The position numbers and the translations under genes were made by a program. A stretch of DNA of 64,000 nucleotides from Pseudomonadota bacterium (GTDB lineage Bacteria; Pseudomonadota; Alphaproteobacteria; RF32; CAG-239): the NCBI GenBank assembly GCA_918234285.1, contig CAKJXZ020000028.1, positions 1 to 64,000 on the forward strand, read 5' to 3'. Below, one piece after another: positions 8,486-18,120 of the stretch (its first letter is position 1; each line of letters opens with the position of its first letter). The notes below the pieces were generated by a model. The model worked only from the letters and a program-made list of their open reading frames with translations. It did no database searches and was not told where the DNA came from.

Positions 8486-10372
8486 ATGATGAAAATATTG
8501 ATAAGAACCGTATGCATAATAGCAGTGATGTGTGCCGCAATATGGCCGTTCCGTCAGAATATTCTCGAGTTACCGGTGTGGCAGAAAGCGGATTCGTTAA
8601 TGAACATTGTTCCGGAATTTGATGCTGACGGATATTGGCAATATGAGGATTTTATCGCCAAGAAAAATTCCGATCAGACTATTTCTTTTTATGGCACAAA
8701 GTCACAATACGGTGCTTATTTGGCCGGCCGAGTGGCACACTTGCGGCAAGATTTTGAAAATGCCGCCGAATACTATAAAATTGCTATAGATAAAGACCAA
8801 GATAATGTGGCACTCAATCGTACGGTATATGTTATTTTGACTTCGCTGGGACAAATAGACAGGGCGGTTCCGTATGCTCGCAAAGAAATGGAGTCGGAAA
8901 AAAGAGAATTGTTGGCACCGATGGTGGTTGCCGTGAAAGAATTTGCCGACGGTAACTATGCTACCGCTCGTGATGTTATGGCGCAGATTGATGACAAACT
9001 CTATGTCGGTCTGATAAATCCGCTGTTTAATGCTTGGGCTTATGCCGGCGAACGTGACGAAGAAAAGGCAATCGCCGCCATCGACAGTATTGTCAACGAT
9101 CCGTCACTGAATGTTATGAGAATGTTCCATAAGGGGATGATTTATGATTATCTCGGTAACAAAGAAAAGGCTTCGGAATGCTATGCCTCTATCGTACAAA
9201 AATATCCTAAGGATGTAACTTATCGCATTTTGGAGGTAATCACCAACTTTTATGTGCGTTTGGGGAACAAAGAAGACGCTTTGCGGCTTTTGGGACACTA
9301 TAACGATGAAGGGTTGCTGTCGATGTTGCTCAAAGATATTGAGATGAAAATTGATAATGCAACCACAACGACCACACCGGTTATCGACACACCGCAGAAG
9401 GGTTTGGCCGAGGCATTGTTTAACATCGGTACCTTGTTCAGAACCGCACATAACGGCGGAGATATTGCCCAATTTTATATGGCGACCTCGTCGTATCTCA
9501 ATCCGGAATACGAGGTTTCCAAAATTGCTTTAGCCAATGTATTGGAAGAATCCGGTATGCTTAAAGAAGCAAATAAGTACTATGCGCAAATCGGTAAAGA
9601 TTCCGGTTCGTACTTTATTGCGCGACTGAAAATGATAGAAAATTATAATTCGATGGAAGAATATGATGCGGCGGAAAATCAGCTGAAAATTTTGTTGCAG
9701 AGCTATCCGGATAATACTCAACTTTTGAGCGACTTGGCCGGCATAAACAGCAATCAGCACAAGGATGCCGAAGCCGTAAAATTGTACCAACAGGCGCTGG
9801 CAAGTATGAAGCAAGAACAGCCGAGCAGCTGGCCGATTTATTATGCTATGGCCGTTTCGTACGACCGGATGAATCAAAAAGATAAATCCGAGGCTAATTT
9901 GCAAAAAGCGTTGGAACTCAGCAACCGTGATCCGAATGTGCTGAATTATCTCGGTTATTCTTGGCTGGTAGAAAATAAAAATCCCGATGATGCCGTGGCC
10001 ATGATTTTGGAAGCGTACCGGCAATATCCGTATGACGGACACATTATGGACAGTCTCGGTTGGGTTTATTTCAAGCTCGGACAATATGATAAAGCCATCA
10101 GCTTTTTGGAGCAGGCCTCGGATCTTAATTCCGGCAATGCCGCCATCAGCGAACATTTGGGCGATGCTTATTGGATGGGAGGGCGCAAAAACGAAGCGGT
10201 TTTCCAATGGCGTCATGCTCTGGTCTTTAAAGAAGATGCCGAAGCAATCGATAAAAATGTGATAGAGCAAAAAATTGAAAACGGCATAGAGCGTAATGAG
10301 TTGATTCAGCTCCAAGACAAAGAATTGCTGAAAGCGTTGGATGAATTGTCAGTAAAACGTAACGAGCATTAA
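8486..10372 (+). CDS. Tetratricopeptide repeat envelope protein (conserved alphaproteobacterial)
   Basis: YLAGR.A; C-terminal VLNYLGYSW...DSLGWVYFKLG...EHLGDAYW..GR..EA.FQW. Confidence 0.9.
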   Translation: MMKILIRTVCIIAVMCAAIWPFRQNILELPVWQKADSLMNIVPEFDADGYWQYEDFIAKKNSDQTISFYGTKSQYGAYLAGRVAHLRQDFENAAEYYKIAIDKDQDNVALNRTVYVILTSLGQIDRAVPYARKEMESEKRELLAPMVVAVKEFADGNYATARDVMAQIDDKLYVGLINPLFNAWAYAGERDEEKAIAAIDSIVNDPSLNVMRMFHKGMIYDYLGNKEKASECYASIVQKYPKDVTYRILEVITNFYVRLGNKEDALRLLGHYNDEGLLSMLLKDIEMKIDNATTTTTPVIDTPQKGLAEALFNIGTLFRTAHNGGDIAQFYMATSSYLNPEYEVSKIALANVLEESGMLKEANKYYAQIGKDSGSYFIARLKMIENYNSMEEYDAAENQLKILLQSYPDNTQLLSDLAGINSNQHKDAEAVKLYQQALASMKQEQPSSWPIYYAMAVSYDRMNQKDKSEANLQKALELSNRDPNVLNYLGYSWLVENKNPDDAVAMILEAYRQYPYDGHIMDSLGWVYFKLGQYDKAISFLEQASDLNSGNAAISEHLGDAYWMGGRKNEAVFQWRHALVFKEDAEAIDKNVIEQKIENGIERNELIQLQDKELLKALDELSVKRNEH

Positions 10373-10421
10373 AAAATAAGCTTGAGTAAAAAAATAAAAC
10401 GTCGGATTTTTCCGGCGTTTT

Positions 10422-10838
10422 TCAGTTAATCAAAAATCTGCTCGGCAACGGATTCGCCGTACTGAGTTGCATCAGCGGAATATCTATATGAAAAACGGTA
10501 CCGTCGTCTTTAGCGGCGATACAGCTGCCGTACAACACGGCGGCACGACCGTCAATAATCGCGGTATCTTCAAATTCGAAACATTCACCCGGCTCCAAAT
10601 CAGGTATTTCTCCGTCAAATCCTTCACCGAGGTCGTAGTGATTCTGCCCGAAACTGTCGGTAATGCAGAAATTGCGTCTTAATAAACGGATACGCTGATT
10701 GGAATTGTTTTCTATTCGGAGGCAATAGGCCCACAGCTCGCGTCTGTTATCGTCGCAATCAAGTTGCTCCGGATAAGCCGACACCATTACGTCGCCGGTT
10801 TGAACAACACTGAAGTCAAAATTATCGGTATCAGACAT
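10422..10838 (-). CDS. apaG: ApaG-domain protein
   Basis: WAYCLRIEN...RLLRR.F.ITD..G....GEG..G..P.LEPGE.FEF. Confidence 0.8.
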   Translation of the reverse strand: MSDTDNFDFSVVQTGDVMVSAYPEQLDCDDNRRELWAYCLRIENNSNQRIRLLRRNFCITDSFGQNHYDLGEGFDGEIPDLEPGECFEFEDTAIIDGRAAVLYGSCIAAKDDGTVFHIDIPLMQLSTANPLPSRFLIN

Positions 10839-10860
10839 ATAAAAATCCCCCAAAACTCGA

Positions 10861-10926
10861 TTAAGGATTCATTAACCTTTAAAAAAGTTCAAGGGGATTC
10901 TGCAGTTATGCATAAAGTTATGCACA
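10861..10926. promoter_or_regulatory. CtrA-like box with GANTC sites and DnaA-like boxes
   Basis: TTAA-GGATTCA-TTAAC at 10861-10876; second GATTC at 10896; TTATGCATA 10906-10914 and TTATGCACA 10918-10926. Confidence 0.5.
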
Positions 10927-10936
10927 GATAATAAGG

Positions 10937-11302
10937 CTAGCCGATACGACCGTATTTATCTTCTAAGCGCACGATGTCGTTTTCATCCAAATTTTCGCCG
11001 ACCTGTACTTCGATAAATTCCAGCGGTTGAGTTGTATTGTTTTGAATGCGATGTTTTGTTTCTACACCAATAAACACCGATTCGCCGGCCTTTTTCTCGA
11101 TTTGTTGCTCGCCGAGCGTAACAGTAGCGGTGCCGTTAACCATAATCCAATGTTCCGCCCGGTGATGGTGCAGTTGCAATGAGAGAATTCCGCCCGTATT
11201 AACCGTAATGTGCTTAACACAAAAGCCGTTGCCGCAATCGATAACTTCCCATGTTCCCCACGGACGGACATCATGTTGTCCGCGCGCATAATTATTCGCC
11301 AT
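10937..11302 (-). CDS. Stand-alone mannose-6-phosphate isomerase type II cupin domain
   Basis: RPWG, LSLQLHHHRAEHW and EVQVGENLDENDIVRLEDKYGR. Confidence 0.9.
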   Translation of the reverse strand: MANNYARGQHDVRPWGTWEVIDCGNGFCVKHITVNTGGILSLQLHHHRAEHWIMVNGTATVTLGEQQIEKKAGESVFIGVETKHRIQNNTTQPLEFIEVQVGENLDENDIVRLEDKYGRIG

Positions 11303-11388
11303 TTTTAACTCCTTTTTTAGTTTACATCAGTAAAAATCTAGTATAACAATAAAACAAATGTTGCAACAATAATTTGACGGGTATCCAG

Positions 11389-13608
11389 ATGCAAATATCG
11401 GCGGCAATCAGCGAGGCATTGGCAATTCAGCGCTTAATCAGTACCGAATTGCTTAAATCCAGAACCATGCCGGAAAAACTTAATAAAATACTTAAAGCCC
11501 TTGTCGATTCGACTAAGGCTGATTCGGCTTTATTATACGCTACCGTTGATGAAAATTATCTGGAATTGGTAGGCGAGTGGAAGGCACAAAATTACAAGTC
11601 AAATATTCGCTACAATGAAGATTGTATCGGCCGCAGCGCCGCCAGCAAACGCACTATACGCGAAACATTACCGGCACAGAACATAACGTTGCTCACTATT
11701 CCGGTAACCCGCATGAACCTGACTATAGGTGCTTTGGTGCTCACAAAGTCGGGAGCCGATGCTTTTGATGATGTCGAAGTGGAAAAAGCCGAGACTCTGG
11801 TGCTGGCTCTTCCGGATTTGTTCAGTCACAAAGAATTTTTGGAATTCCGCAATCAAATTATTCGCGAAAAAGGTATTGTGGTGCGTGATGCTTTACACGG
11901 CACAAGTCTCAACAAAGGCTACGGTGTCGGCAAGGCCGTGTTGCATCATCGTCATCGCGAGTTAATCAATATCTTTACCGACAACATCGAGCTGGAAAAA
12001 TCCAAGCTTGAGGAAGGGCGGCAGCGTATGGTTGATTATTTCAACGACAAAATCGACCAGGCCGGCAACTATATCGGCAATACCACCGAAATTATGGAAG
12101 CATACCGGATGTTTGCCATGGATAAAGGGTGGTATAAAAAAATCAGCACCGACATTGAAAAGGGATATACGGCCGAGGCGGCGGTGGAGCACGTTTATGA
12201 AGATATGTGGAATAAACTTTCTGCCACCAATGATCCGTATCTTAAAGAAAGACTTTATGATTTGCGCGATGTTTCCGACCGGTTACGGGCGTTTATTGCC
12301 GGTGATAATCCGTCTGCGGCACAGATAGCACCGGATGAGGATATTATAATTATCGCCCAAACCATGGGTCCGGCGGATTTGATGGATTATAAATATGAAA
12401 ATATCCGTGGTCTCATAATTGAGGATTGCACTCCGACTATGCACGTGGTGATTGTGGCAAAGGCACTTAATATTCCGGTTATTGCCAAGATTCACGGGAT
12501 TTTGAAAGAAATCAAAGTCGGTGAAGTTATCGCCGTTAACGGCAACGAGGCTATGGTATATACGCATCCGAGTGAAAGGCAGATTGCCGAATATCAAAAA
12601 AAATCGGTGCGTTTGCATAAAGTTTTTGCCGAACTGGAAAAGCTTAAGGATAAACCGACAGTGACGCTGGATAACGTCAAAATCAAATTGGCGATGAATT
12701 ACGGTTTGGATTTGGATTATGAATATCTCAAGCCGACCAACTGTGATGGCATCGGTTTATATCGTACCGAAATTACTTTTATGTCGGCCGACAAAATGCC
12801 GGATGTCGAAAGTCAGGAGAAACAATATAAAAAGCTGTTTGATGCTATGGGCAACAAAAAAATATTCTTTCGCAGTTTGGATGTCGGTTCGGATAAATTT
12901 TTGCCGTATTGGGGCGAAATGAAAGAAGAAAATCCGGCGCTCGGTTGGCGCTCGATTCGCATTACTTTGGACAGGCGTGCGCTGTTGCGTCAACAGATTC
13001 GCGCTATGCTCCGCGCTGCCGCCGGCAAAGAATTAAATGTTATGTTTCCGATGGTTTCTTCACTGCAGGAGTTTTTGGAAGCCAAGGAAACTCTGATGCT
13101 GGAATACGAGCGGGAGCAACAGCGCAAAAAACCGACGGCGCGCGAAGTTAAAGTCGGCATAATGATTGAGGTTCCGTCGGTGCTGTTCCAGCTTGACGAG
13201 TTGTTGCAAGAAGTGGATTTTATTTCGGTCGGTACCAATGATTTGTATCAATTTGTATTTGCTTGTGATCGCGGCAATCCGCGGCTGTCTAATCGTTATG
13301 ACGTGCTTTCGGCGCCGTTTTTGAAGTTAATGAAAAAAATCGTGGATAAAGCTATGCAATACCGAGTACATTGTTCGGTATGCGGTGAAATGGCCAGTAA
13401 TCCGCTTGAAGCAATGGCGCTTATCGGTTTGGGATATCGCAACTTATCGGTATCCGGTGCCCGTTTTGCTCAAATCAAGAATATGATACGCTCTATGAAT
13501 ACGGAAGATGTCGAGGATTACATCAAAACCCTGATGAAATCGCCGAAAACCAGTATTCGGCCGCAATTAACGGCATATGCCTATGATCATGCTATTGCAA
13601 TTGAATAA
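11389..13608 (+). CDS. ptsP: PEP-protein phosphotransferase EI-Ntr (GAF + PEP-utilising domains)
   Basis: N-terminal GAF; phospho-His region TPTMHVVIVAKAL; GIGLYRTE; ENPALGWRSIR; SVGTNDL. Confidence 0.93.
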   Translation: MQISAAISEALAIQRLISTELLKSRTMPEKLNKILKALVDSTKADSALLYATVDENYLELVGEWKAQNYKSNIRYNEDCIGRSAASKRTIRETLPAQNITLLTIPVTRMNLTIGALVLTKSGADAFDDVEVEKAETLVLALPDLFSHKEFLEFRNQIIREKGIVVRDALHGTSLNKGYGVGKAVLHHRHRELINIFTDNIELEKSKLEEGRQRMVDYFNDKIDQAGNYIGNTTEIMEAYRMFAMDKGWYKKISTDIEKGYTAEAAVEHVYEDMWNKLSATNDPYLKERLYDLRDVSDRLRAFIAGDNPSAAQIAPDEDIIIIAQTMGPADLMDYKYENIRGLIIEDCTPTMHVVIVAKALNIPVIAKIHGILKEIKVGEVIAVNGNEAMVYTHPSERQIAEYQKKSVRLHKVFAELEKLKDKPTVTLDNVKIKLAMNYGLDLDYEYLKPTNCDGIGLYRTEITFMSADKMPDVESQEKQYKKLFDAMGNKKIFFRSLDVGSDKFLPYWGEMKEENPALGWRSIRITLDRRALLRQQIRAMLRAAAGKELNVMFPMVSSLQEFLEAKETLMLEYEREQQRKKPTAREVKVGIMIEVPSVLFQLDELLQEVDFISVGTNDLYQFVFACDRGNPRLSNRYDVLSAPFLKLMKKIVDKAMQYRVHCSVCGEMASNPLEAMALIGLGYRNLSVSGARFAQIKNMIRSMNTEDVEDYIKTLMKSPKTSIRPQLTAYAYDHAIAIE

Positions 13609-13647
13609 TTTTTATGATATAAGCCGCACAACAACAGGAGAAAAAAC

Positions 13648-14595
13648 GTGATAAAAGAAACAGATCAACAACAGGAAGAAATTCAAACCGTGGGCGCGAT
13701 GTTGCGTGAGGCACGTTTGAAGGCAGGCAAAAGCGAGGATGATATTGCCGGAGAATTATGTATTCGCAAAGTTTATGTTACGGCCATTGAGGAAATGGAT
13801 TATGCCAACATTCCGCCGCGTCCGTTCGGAATAGGGTTTATTCGCGCTTATGCCGAGGCAGTCGGGTTAAACAGTGACCGTATAGTGTCTTCTTATCAAC
13901 AGTCTTTCCACGAAAGCAAAGAAGAAAAAATCAGTGAAAGAGTAGCCAATACATCTTCTTCCAAGCCGCGGTTTAAGCATATATTCTTCGGAATCTGCGG
14001 TTTAGCGGCATTGTTTGTGATATGGTCGGTTTTACCTTTGAGCGAGCCGGTTGAAGATTTTCAGGAAGATGTGGCCGATGTTATTCCGGAGCCGGTAATA
14101 GTGGCTGAGGAAACGGCAACAGATGAAAATGTAAATACAGAAGAATCGGTTGATGCAGAAGAACCGGATGAAATCGAAAATACGGAGGAAGTTATTGAAG
14201 TCGACGATGAGCAACCGGCGGAAACGCTGCAGGATATTGTTGCTGAAATAGATAATGATGAACCGGAAGCAGAAGTTGAGGAAACCGTGGCGGAAGTTGT
14301 TGAAGAGGCACCGGAAGAAGCAGAGGAAACGGCAACTCAGTTCCATAAAATGCGGATGGTTCTGAATGGCCCGTCATGGGTGGAAATCAAAAAAGGCGAT
14401 AAAACCGTGCTTCGCGGTTCGGTGTATAAAAGAGGTTTTAGCTACGATATTCCGCAGGAAGAAGGTTTGACTATTACCGTGGGCAGACCGCGCAGTGCAA
14501 CTTTTTATGTTGACGATAAGCCGGTTAAGGTTGTATCGGTGATGAACAGTAAACACGTCAGTTTGGACAGCTTTTTGATAAAAACAAATAACTAG
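13648..14595 (+). CDS. rodZ: RodZ-like cytoskeleton protein
   Basis: N-terminal HTH (G.MLREAR...GFIRAYA), TM helix, acidic linker, C-terminal SWVEIK domain; syntenic with hisS. Confidence 0.85.
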   Translation: MIKETDQQQEEIQTVGAMLREARLKAGKSEDDIAGELCIRKVYVTAIEEMDYANIPPRPFGIGFIRAYAEAVGLNSDRIVSSYQQSFHESKEEKISERVANTSSSKPRFKHIFFGICGLAALFVIWSVLPLSEPVEDFQEDVADVIPEPVIVAEETATDENVNTEESVDAEEPDEIENTEEVIEVDDEQPAETLQDIVAEIDNDEPEAEVEETVAEVVEEAPEEAEETATQFHKMRMVLNGPSWVEIKKGDKTVLRGSVYKRGFSYDIPQEEGLTITVGRPRSATFYVDDKPVKVVSVMNSKHVSLDSFLIKTNN

Positions 14596-14603
14596 AGGAT
14601 TAT

Positions 14604-15839
14604 ATGGAAAAGGTACAATGTGTGCGCGGCACTTATGACTTATATGGTGCCGCTAAGCGGAAAATGAAAAAAGTTGTGAGCGTCGGCTCAGAGGTGGTGG
14701 AAAAATACGGTTTTGAAGAAATCGAAACACCGATTTTCGAATTTACGGAAGTGTTTGCCCGCAATTTGGGCGATACTTCGGATATTGTCACCAAAGAAAT
14801 GTATTGCTTTGAAGATAAAGGCGGAGAAAGCCTTACTTTGCGTCCGGAAGGAACGGCCGGCGTAGTGCGTGCGTTTGTTTCTAACGGAATGCAGCAAAAT
14901 CTGCCGGTTAAGTTTTATTATACCGGTCCGATGTTTCGCTATGAACGTCCGCAAAAAGGTCGTCAGCGCCAGTTTACTCAATTCGGAGTTGAACTGCTCG
15001 GAGTGGAAACGCCGCAGGCCGATATTGAAGTTATAGCCATGGCTTATGAGTTTTTGGAAAAACTCGGCCTGAGCGGGCAGGTGACGGTGGAAATCAACTC
15101 CTTGGGCGATGCCGAAAGTCGCGCCGCATATCGCGAAAAATTGGTGGCGTATTTGCAAAAGCATTATAATGAGCTTTCCGAAGACAGTAAAAACCGTCTG
15201 GAAAAAAATCCGTTGCGGGTGCTCGATTCTAAAGAAGAATGCGATAAGGCGGTGGTGGAGAATGCGCCGCTGTATGCCGACAGCTTAAACGAAGCTTCAA
15301 AACAATTTTTTACCGATGTGCTGAAAGGGCTGGATATGCTCGGTATCAAATATCGCATTAACAACCGGTTGGTGCGCGGTTTGGATTATTATTCGCACAC
15401 GGTGTTTGAACTCACTACCGATAAACTCGGGGCGCAGGGTACGGTTTTGGCCGGCGGTCGCTATAACGGTCTGGTGGCGCAGATGGGCGGCGGCGAAGTT
15501 GCCGGAATCGGTTGGGCCGGCGGGATTGAGCGTTTGGCTATGTTGTTGGAAAAAGACGTATCTTTGCCGCGACCGATTGCAGTAATTCCGGTGGGAGAAG
15601 ACACTTTCGAAGCCGCACTCAAAATTGCTTATAAGCTGCGTTTAGCCGGTTTTTCGGTGGAACAGAGTTACAGCGGTAATATGAAAAAACGCATGATGAA
15701 AGCCAATAAAGTTAATGCTTGTAAGGCCGTGATTATCGGTTCGGACGAACTGGCGGATAAGACCGTAACCATTAAAGATTTGGACAGCGGCGACCAAAAG
15801 ACGGTAGCTTTGGCAAATTTGATTGAGGAATTGCAATAA
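14604..15839 (+). CDS. hisS: Histidine-tRNA ligase
   Basis: [29 protein letters not shown] and GGRY motifs. Confidence 0.98.
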   Translation: MEKVQCVRGTYDLYGAAKRKMKKVVSVGSEVVEKYGFEEIETPIFEFTEVFARNLGDTSDIVTKEMYCFEDKGGESLTLRPEGTAGVVRAFVSNGMQQNLPVKFYYTGPMFRYERPQKGRQRQFTQFGVELLGVETPQADIEVIAMAYEFLEKLGLSGQVTVEINSLGDAESRAAYREKLVAYLQKHYNELSEDSKNRLEKNPLRVLDSKEECDKAVVENAPLYADSLNEASKQFFTDVLKGLDMLGIKYRINNRLVRGLDYYSHTVFELTTDKLGAQGTVLAGGRYNGLVAQMGGGEVAGIGWAGGIERLAMLLEKDVSLPRPIAVIPVGEDTFEAALKIAYKLRLAGFSVEQSYSGNMKKRMMKANKVNACKAVIIGSDELADKTVTIKDLDSGDQKTVALANLIEELQ

Positions 15840-16909
15840 TGAATTTAGATGAAAAACTGGCAAATGTGGTTAATCGTTTTGAAGAAGTGCAAGCTTTGCT
15901 CGCTTCTGACGTTTCGACCGAGGAATTGGTAAAGCTCAATAAGGAACTTTCAACCTTGGAGCCGGTGGTTGAGGTAATCCATAAATACCAGCATCATCAA
16001 CAAATGATGGCCGACGACAAGGCCATGATGGAAGATACGTCGCTCGATAAAGAAATGCGTGAAATGGCGGAAGCCGAATATTATGAAGCTAAAGAACAGT
16101 TGCCACAACTCGAAAAAGAAATCAAAGTAATGCTGTTGCCGAAAGACAGCGACGATGAGAAAAATGCCATTTTAGAAGTGCGGGCCGGCACCGGCGGTGA
16201 TGAAGCCGCGCTGTTTGCCGCGGTGCTGTTTGAAATGTATCAACGCTATGCGCAAAAACAGGGTTGGCAGTTTGAAATTCTCGATTCTAACGAAAACGGT
16301 ATCGGCGGCTATAAAGAGGCCTCGGCGCGGATTACCGGTAAAGACGTGTTTGCCAAGCTCAAGTTTGAATCGGGTGCGCACCGCGTGCAGCGCGTTCCGG
16401 TAACCGAGTCGCAGGGCAGGGTACACACTTCGGCGGCCACGGTGGCGGTTTTGCCGGAAATTGAAGAAGTGGATTTATATATCAATCCGGCGGATTTGAA
16501 AATCGATGTGTATCGCGCATCCGGCGCCGGCGGCCAGCACGTTAACCGTACCGAGTCGGCGGTGCGCATTACCCATATCCCGACCGGCGTGGTGGTACAA
16601 TGTCAGGACGACCGTTCGCAATTTAAGAATAAAGAAAAGGCGATGAATCACTTGCGTGCCAAACTTTATGACGAGCAGAAAGCCAAAATCGACGCCAACT
16701 ATTCGGAAAAACGCAAGTTGCAAGTCGGCAGCGGCGATCGCAGCGAGCGCATTCGCACTTATAACTATCCGCAGGGCCGCGTTACCGACCACCGGATAAA
16801 TCTGACTCTGTATAAGCTGGAGGAAGTGGTTTCGGGCGAGGCGCTAAATGAAATCATCGACGCGCTGATTGCCGAAGACCAAGCCGCCCGACTTGCCGAG
16901 ATGGATTAA
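15839..16909 (+). CDS. prfA: Peptide chain release factor 1
   Basis: GGQ motif, PVT anticodon, [16 protein letters not shown]. Confidence 0.98.
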   Translation: MNLDEKLANVVNRFEEVQALLASDVSTEELVKLNKELSTLEPVVEVIHKYQHHQQMMADDKAMMEDTSLDKEMREMAEAEYYEAKEQLPQLEKEIKVMLLPKDSDDEKNAILEVRAGTGGDEAALFAAVLFEMYQRYAQKQGWQFEILDSNENGIGGYKEASARITGKDVFAKLKFESGAHRVQRVPVTESQGRVHTSAATVAVLPEIEEVDLYINPADLKIDVYRASGAGGQHVNRTESAVRITHIPTGVVVQCQDDRSQFKNKEKAMNHLRAKLYDEQKAKIDANYSEKRKLQVGSGDRSERIRTYNYPQGRVTDHRINLTLYKLEEVVSGEALNEIIDALIAEDQAARLAEMD

Positions 16910-16928
16910 GATTACAGCGAAACAAAGT

Positions 16929-16958
16929 AAAAACGGCCGGCTCAAAACCGGTCGTTTT
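16929..16958. terminator. Bidirectional terminator
   Basis: AAAACGGCCGG-ctcaaaa-CCGGTCGTTTT between convergent genes. Confidence 0.75.
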
Positions 16959-16989
16959 GTTGTTTGCTGAAATTATCGCGTATGTAATT

Positions 16990-18120
16990 TCAGTCTTCGC
17001 GCACCTTAAACAGCGTGATGAAGTTAAACAGCTTAAAACTCTTAGCCTGCTTGCGATAAGTGATTTTATAAAGCGGAATAAACCCAAACAGATATACACG
17101 GCGCGAGCACCTTTTCGCGGCCGGTTTTAGAGCAGGTTTAGGAGCAGGTGCCGGTGTCGGTTTTGCTGGCTCGACTTTTTTCTCAACCTGTTTTGCAGCC
17201 GGTTTAGGTGCAGGTGTCGGCGCCGGTTTCGGTGCATCGCCGTAAGCCCCTAAATCCCACATATAAACGTAGTCGTAGGTTTCAAAACCTTTGGTCATTA
17301 TATAAGCAGCCAAAGCCCCATTGGCACGACCGCCGATAAGATAGCGACATTTTGAAAGCAAATACACCGAAAGCAAATACTCTTTGGCCAGGTTATAGAA
17401 GTGGTCTTTGCGGTCAACCTTTGCCTGATATATCAATTTGCCATTGACCGTATCGTATTTATAAGAATTGTTGTCAATAACCAATTCACCTAAAGCGGCC
17501 TTTATTTCCTTATAAATATTGGCATCTTCGGTAGCCAGATATATTTTTTTGAAGGTAAGTGTTTTTTTGAGCTCTTTTACCTTTTCGATTATCATCGGCG
17601 CCGTCGGTTGAATAGCGTGTCCTTTCGGTTTGGTTTCCACAAAATCTGTACCGCGCACGATAATTCCGAGAACATCCTTTTCATCACCGAAGATGTTGCG
17701 TAAGCCCTTATTCAAATATTTCTGTATATCGGGAGAAAAACGCATGTATTTTATGTATTCGGCCAAATAAGGATGTCTTGCTCTGGGGTCATCTTTAGAC
17801 AGTGGCAAATGTTGATTCCAAAGTTGGTATTTTCTTTTATCCGGTCCTTCCGCGGCAATGATAATATTGCTGTTTTGCGGAACATCTTCCGGCTTAATAT
17901 CATTCGGTTGCTTAAAGAAATAACACCACGGATTATCTTTGTATGCTTGCCCGTCCTTAAAATATTGGTTATAAGAATAGCGCATATCAACTACCGGAAT
18001 ATAACCCTGTTCTTTGGCATATATAACGTGGGCAATAGTATGTTTATACATAGAAAACAGACCGTCTTCCTTATATTGATTTCCAATAAAGTAGTAAGTT
18101 GCGGATGAATTATTTTTCAT
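16990..18120 (-). CDS. Putative glycosyltransferase (fucosyltransferase-like GT-B) with Pro/Ala/Lys linker
   Basis: VLGIIVRGTD and IYLATED motifs; LLSKCRYLIG; PKPAPTPAPKP repeats; C-terminal YLFGFIPLYKI hairpins. Confidence 0.65.
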   Translation of the reverse strand: MKNNSSATYYFIGNQYKEDGLFSMYKHTIAHVIYAKEQGYIPVVDMRYSYNQYFKDGQAYKDNPWCYFFKQPNDIKPEDVPQNSNIIIAAEGPDKRKYQLWNQHLPLSKDDPRARHPYLAEYIKYMRFSPDIQKYLNKGLRNIFGDEKDVLGIIVRGTDFVETKPKGHAIQPTAPMIIEKVKELKKTLTFKKIYLATEDANIYKEIKAALGELVIDNNSYKYDTVNGKLIYQAKVDRKDHFYNLAKEYLLSVYLLSKCRYLIGGRANGALAAYIMTKGFETYDYVYMWDLGAYGDAPKPAPTPAPKPAAKQVEKKVEPAKPTPAPAPKPALKPAAKRCSRRVYLFGFIPLYKITYRKQAKSFKLFNFITLFKVRED

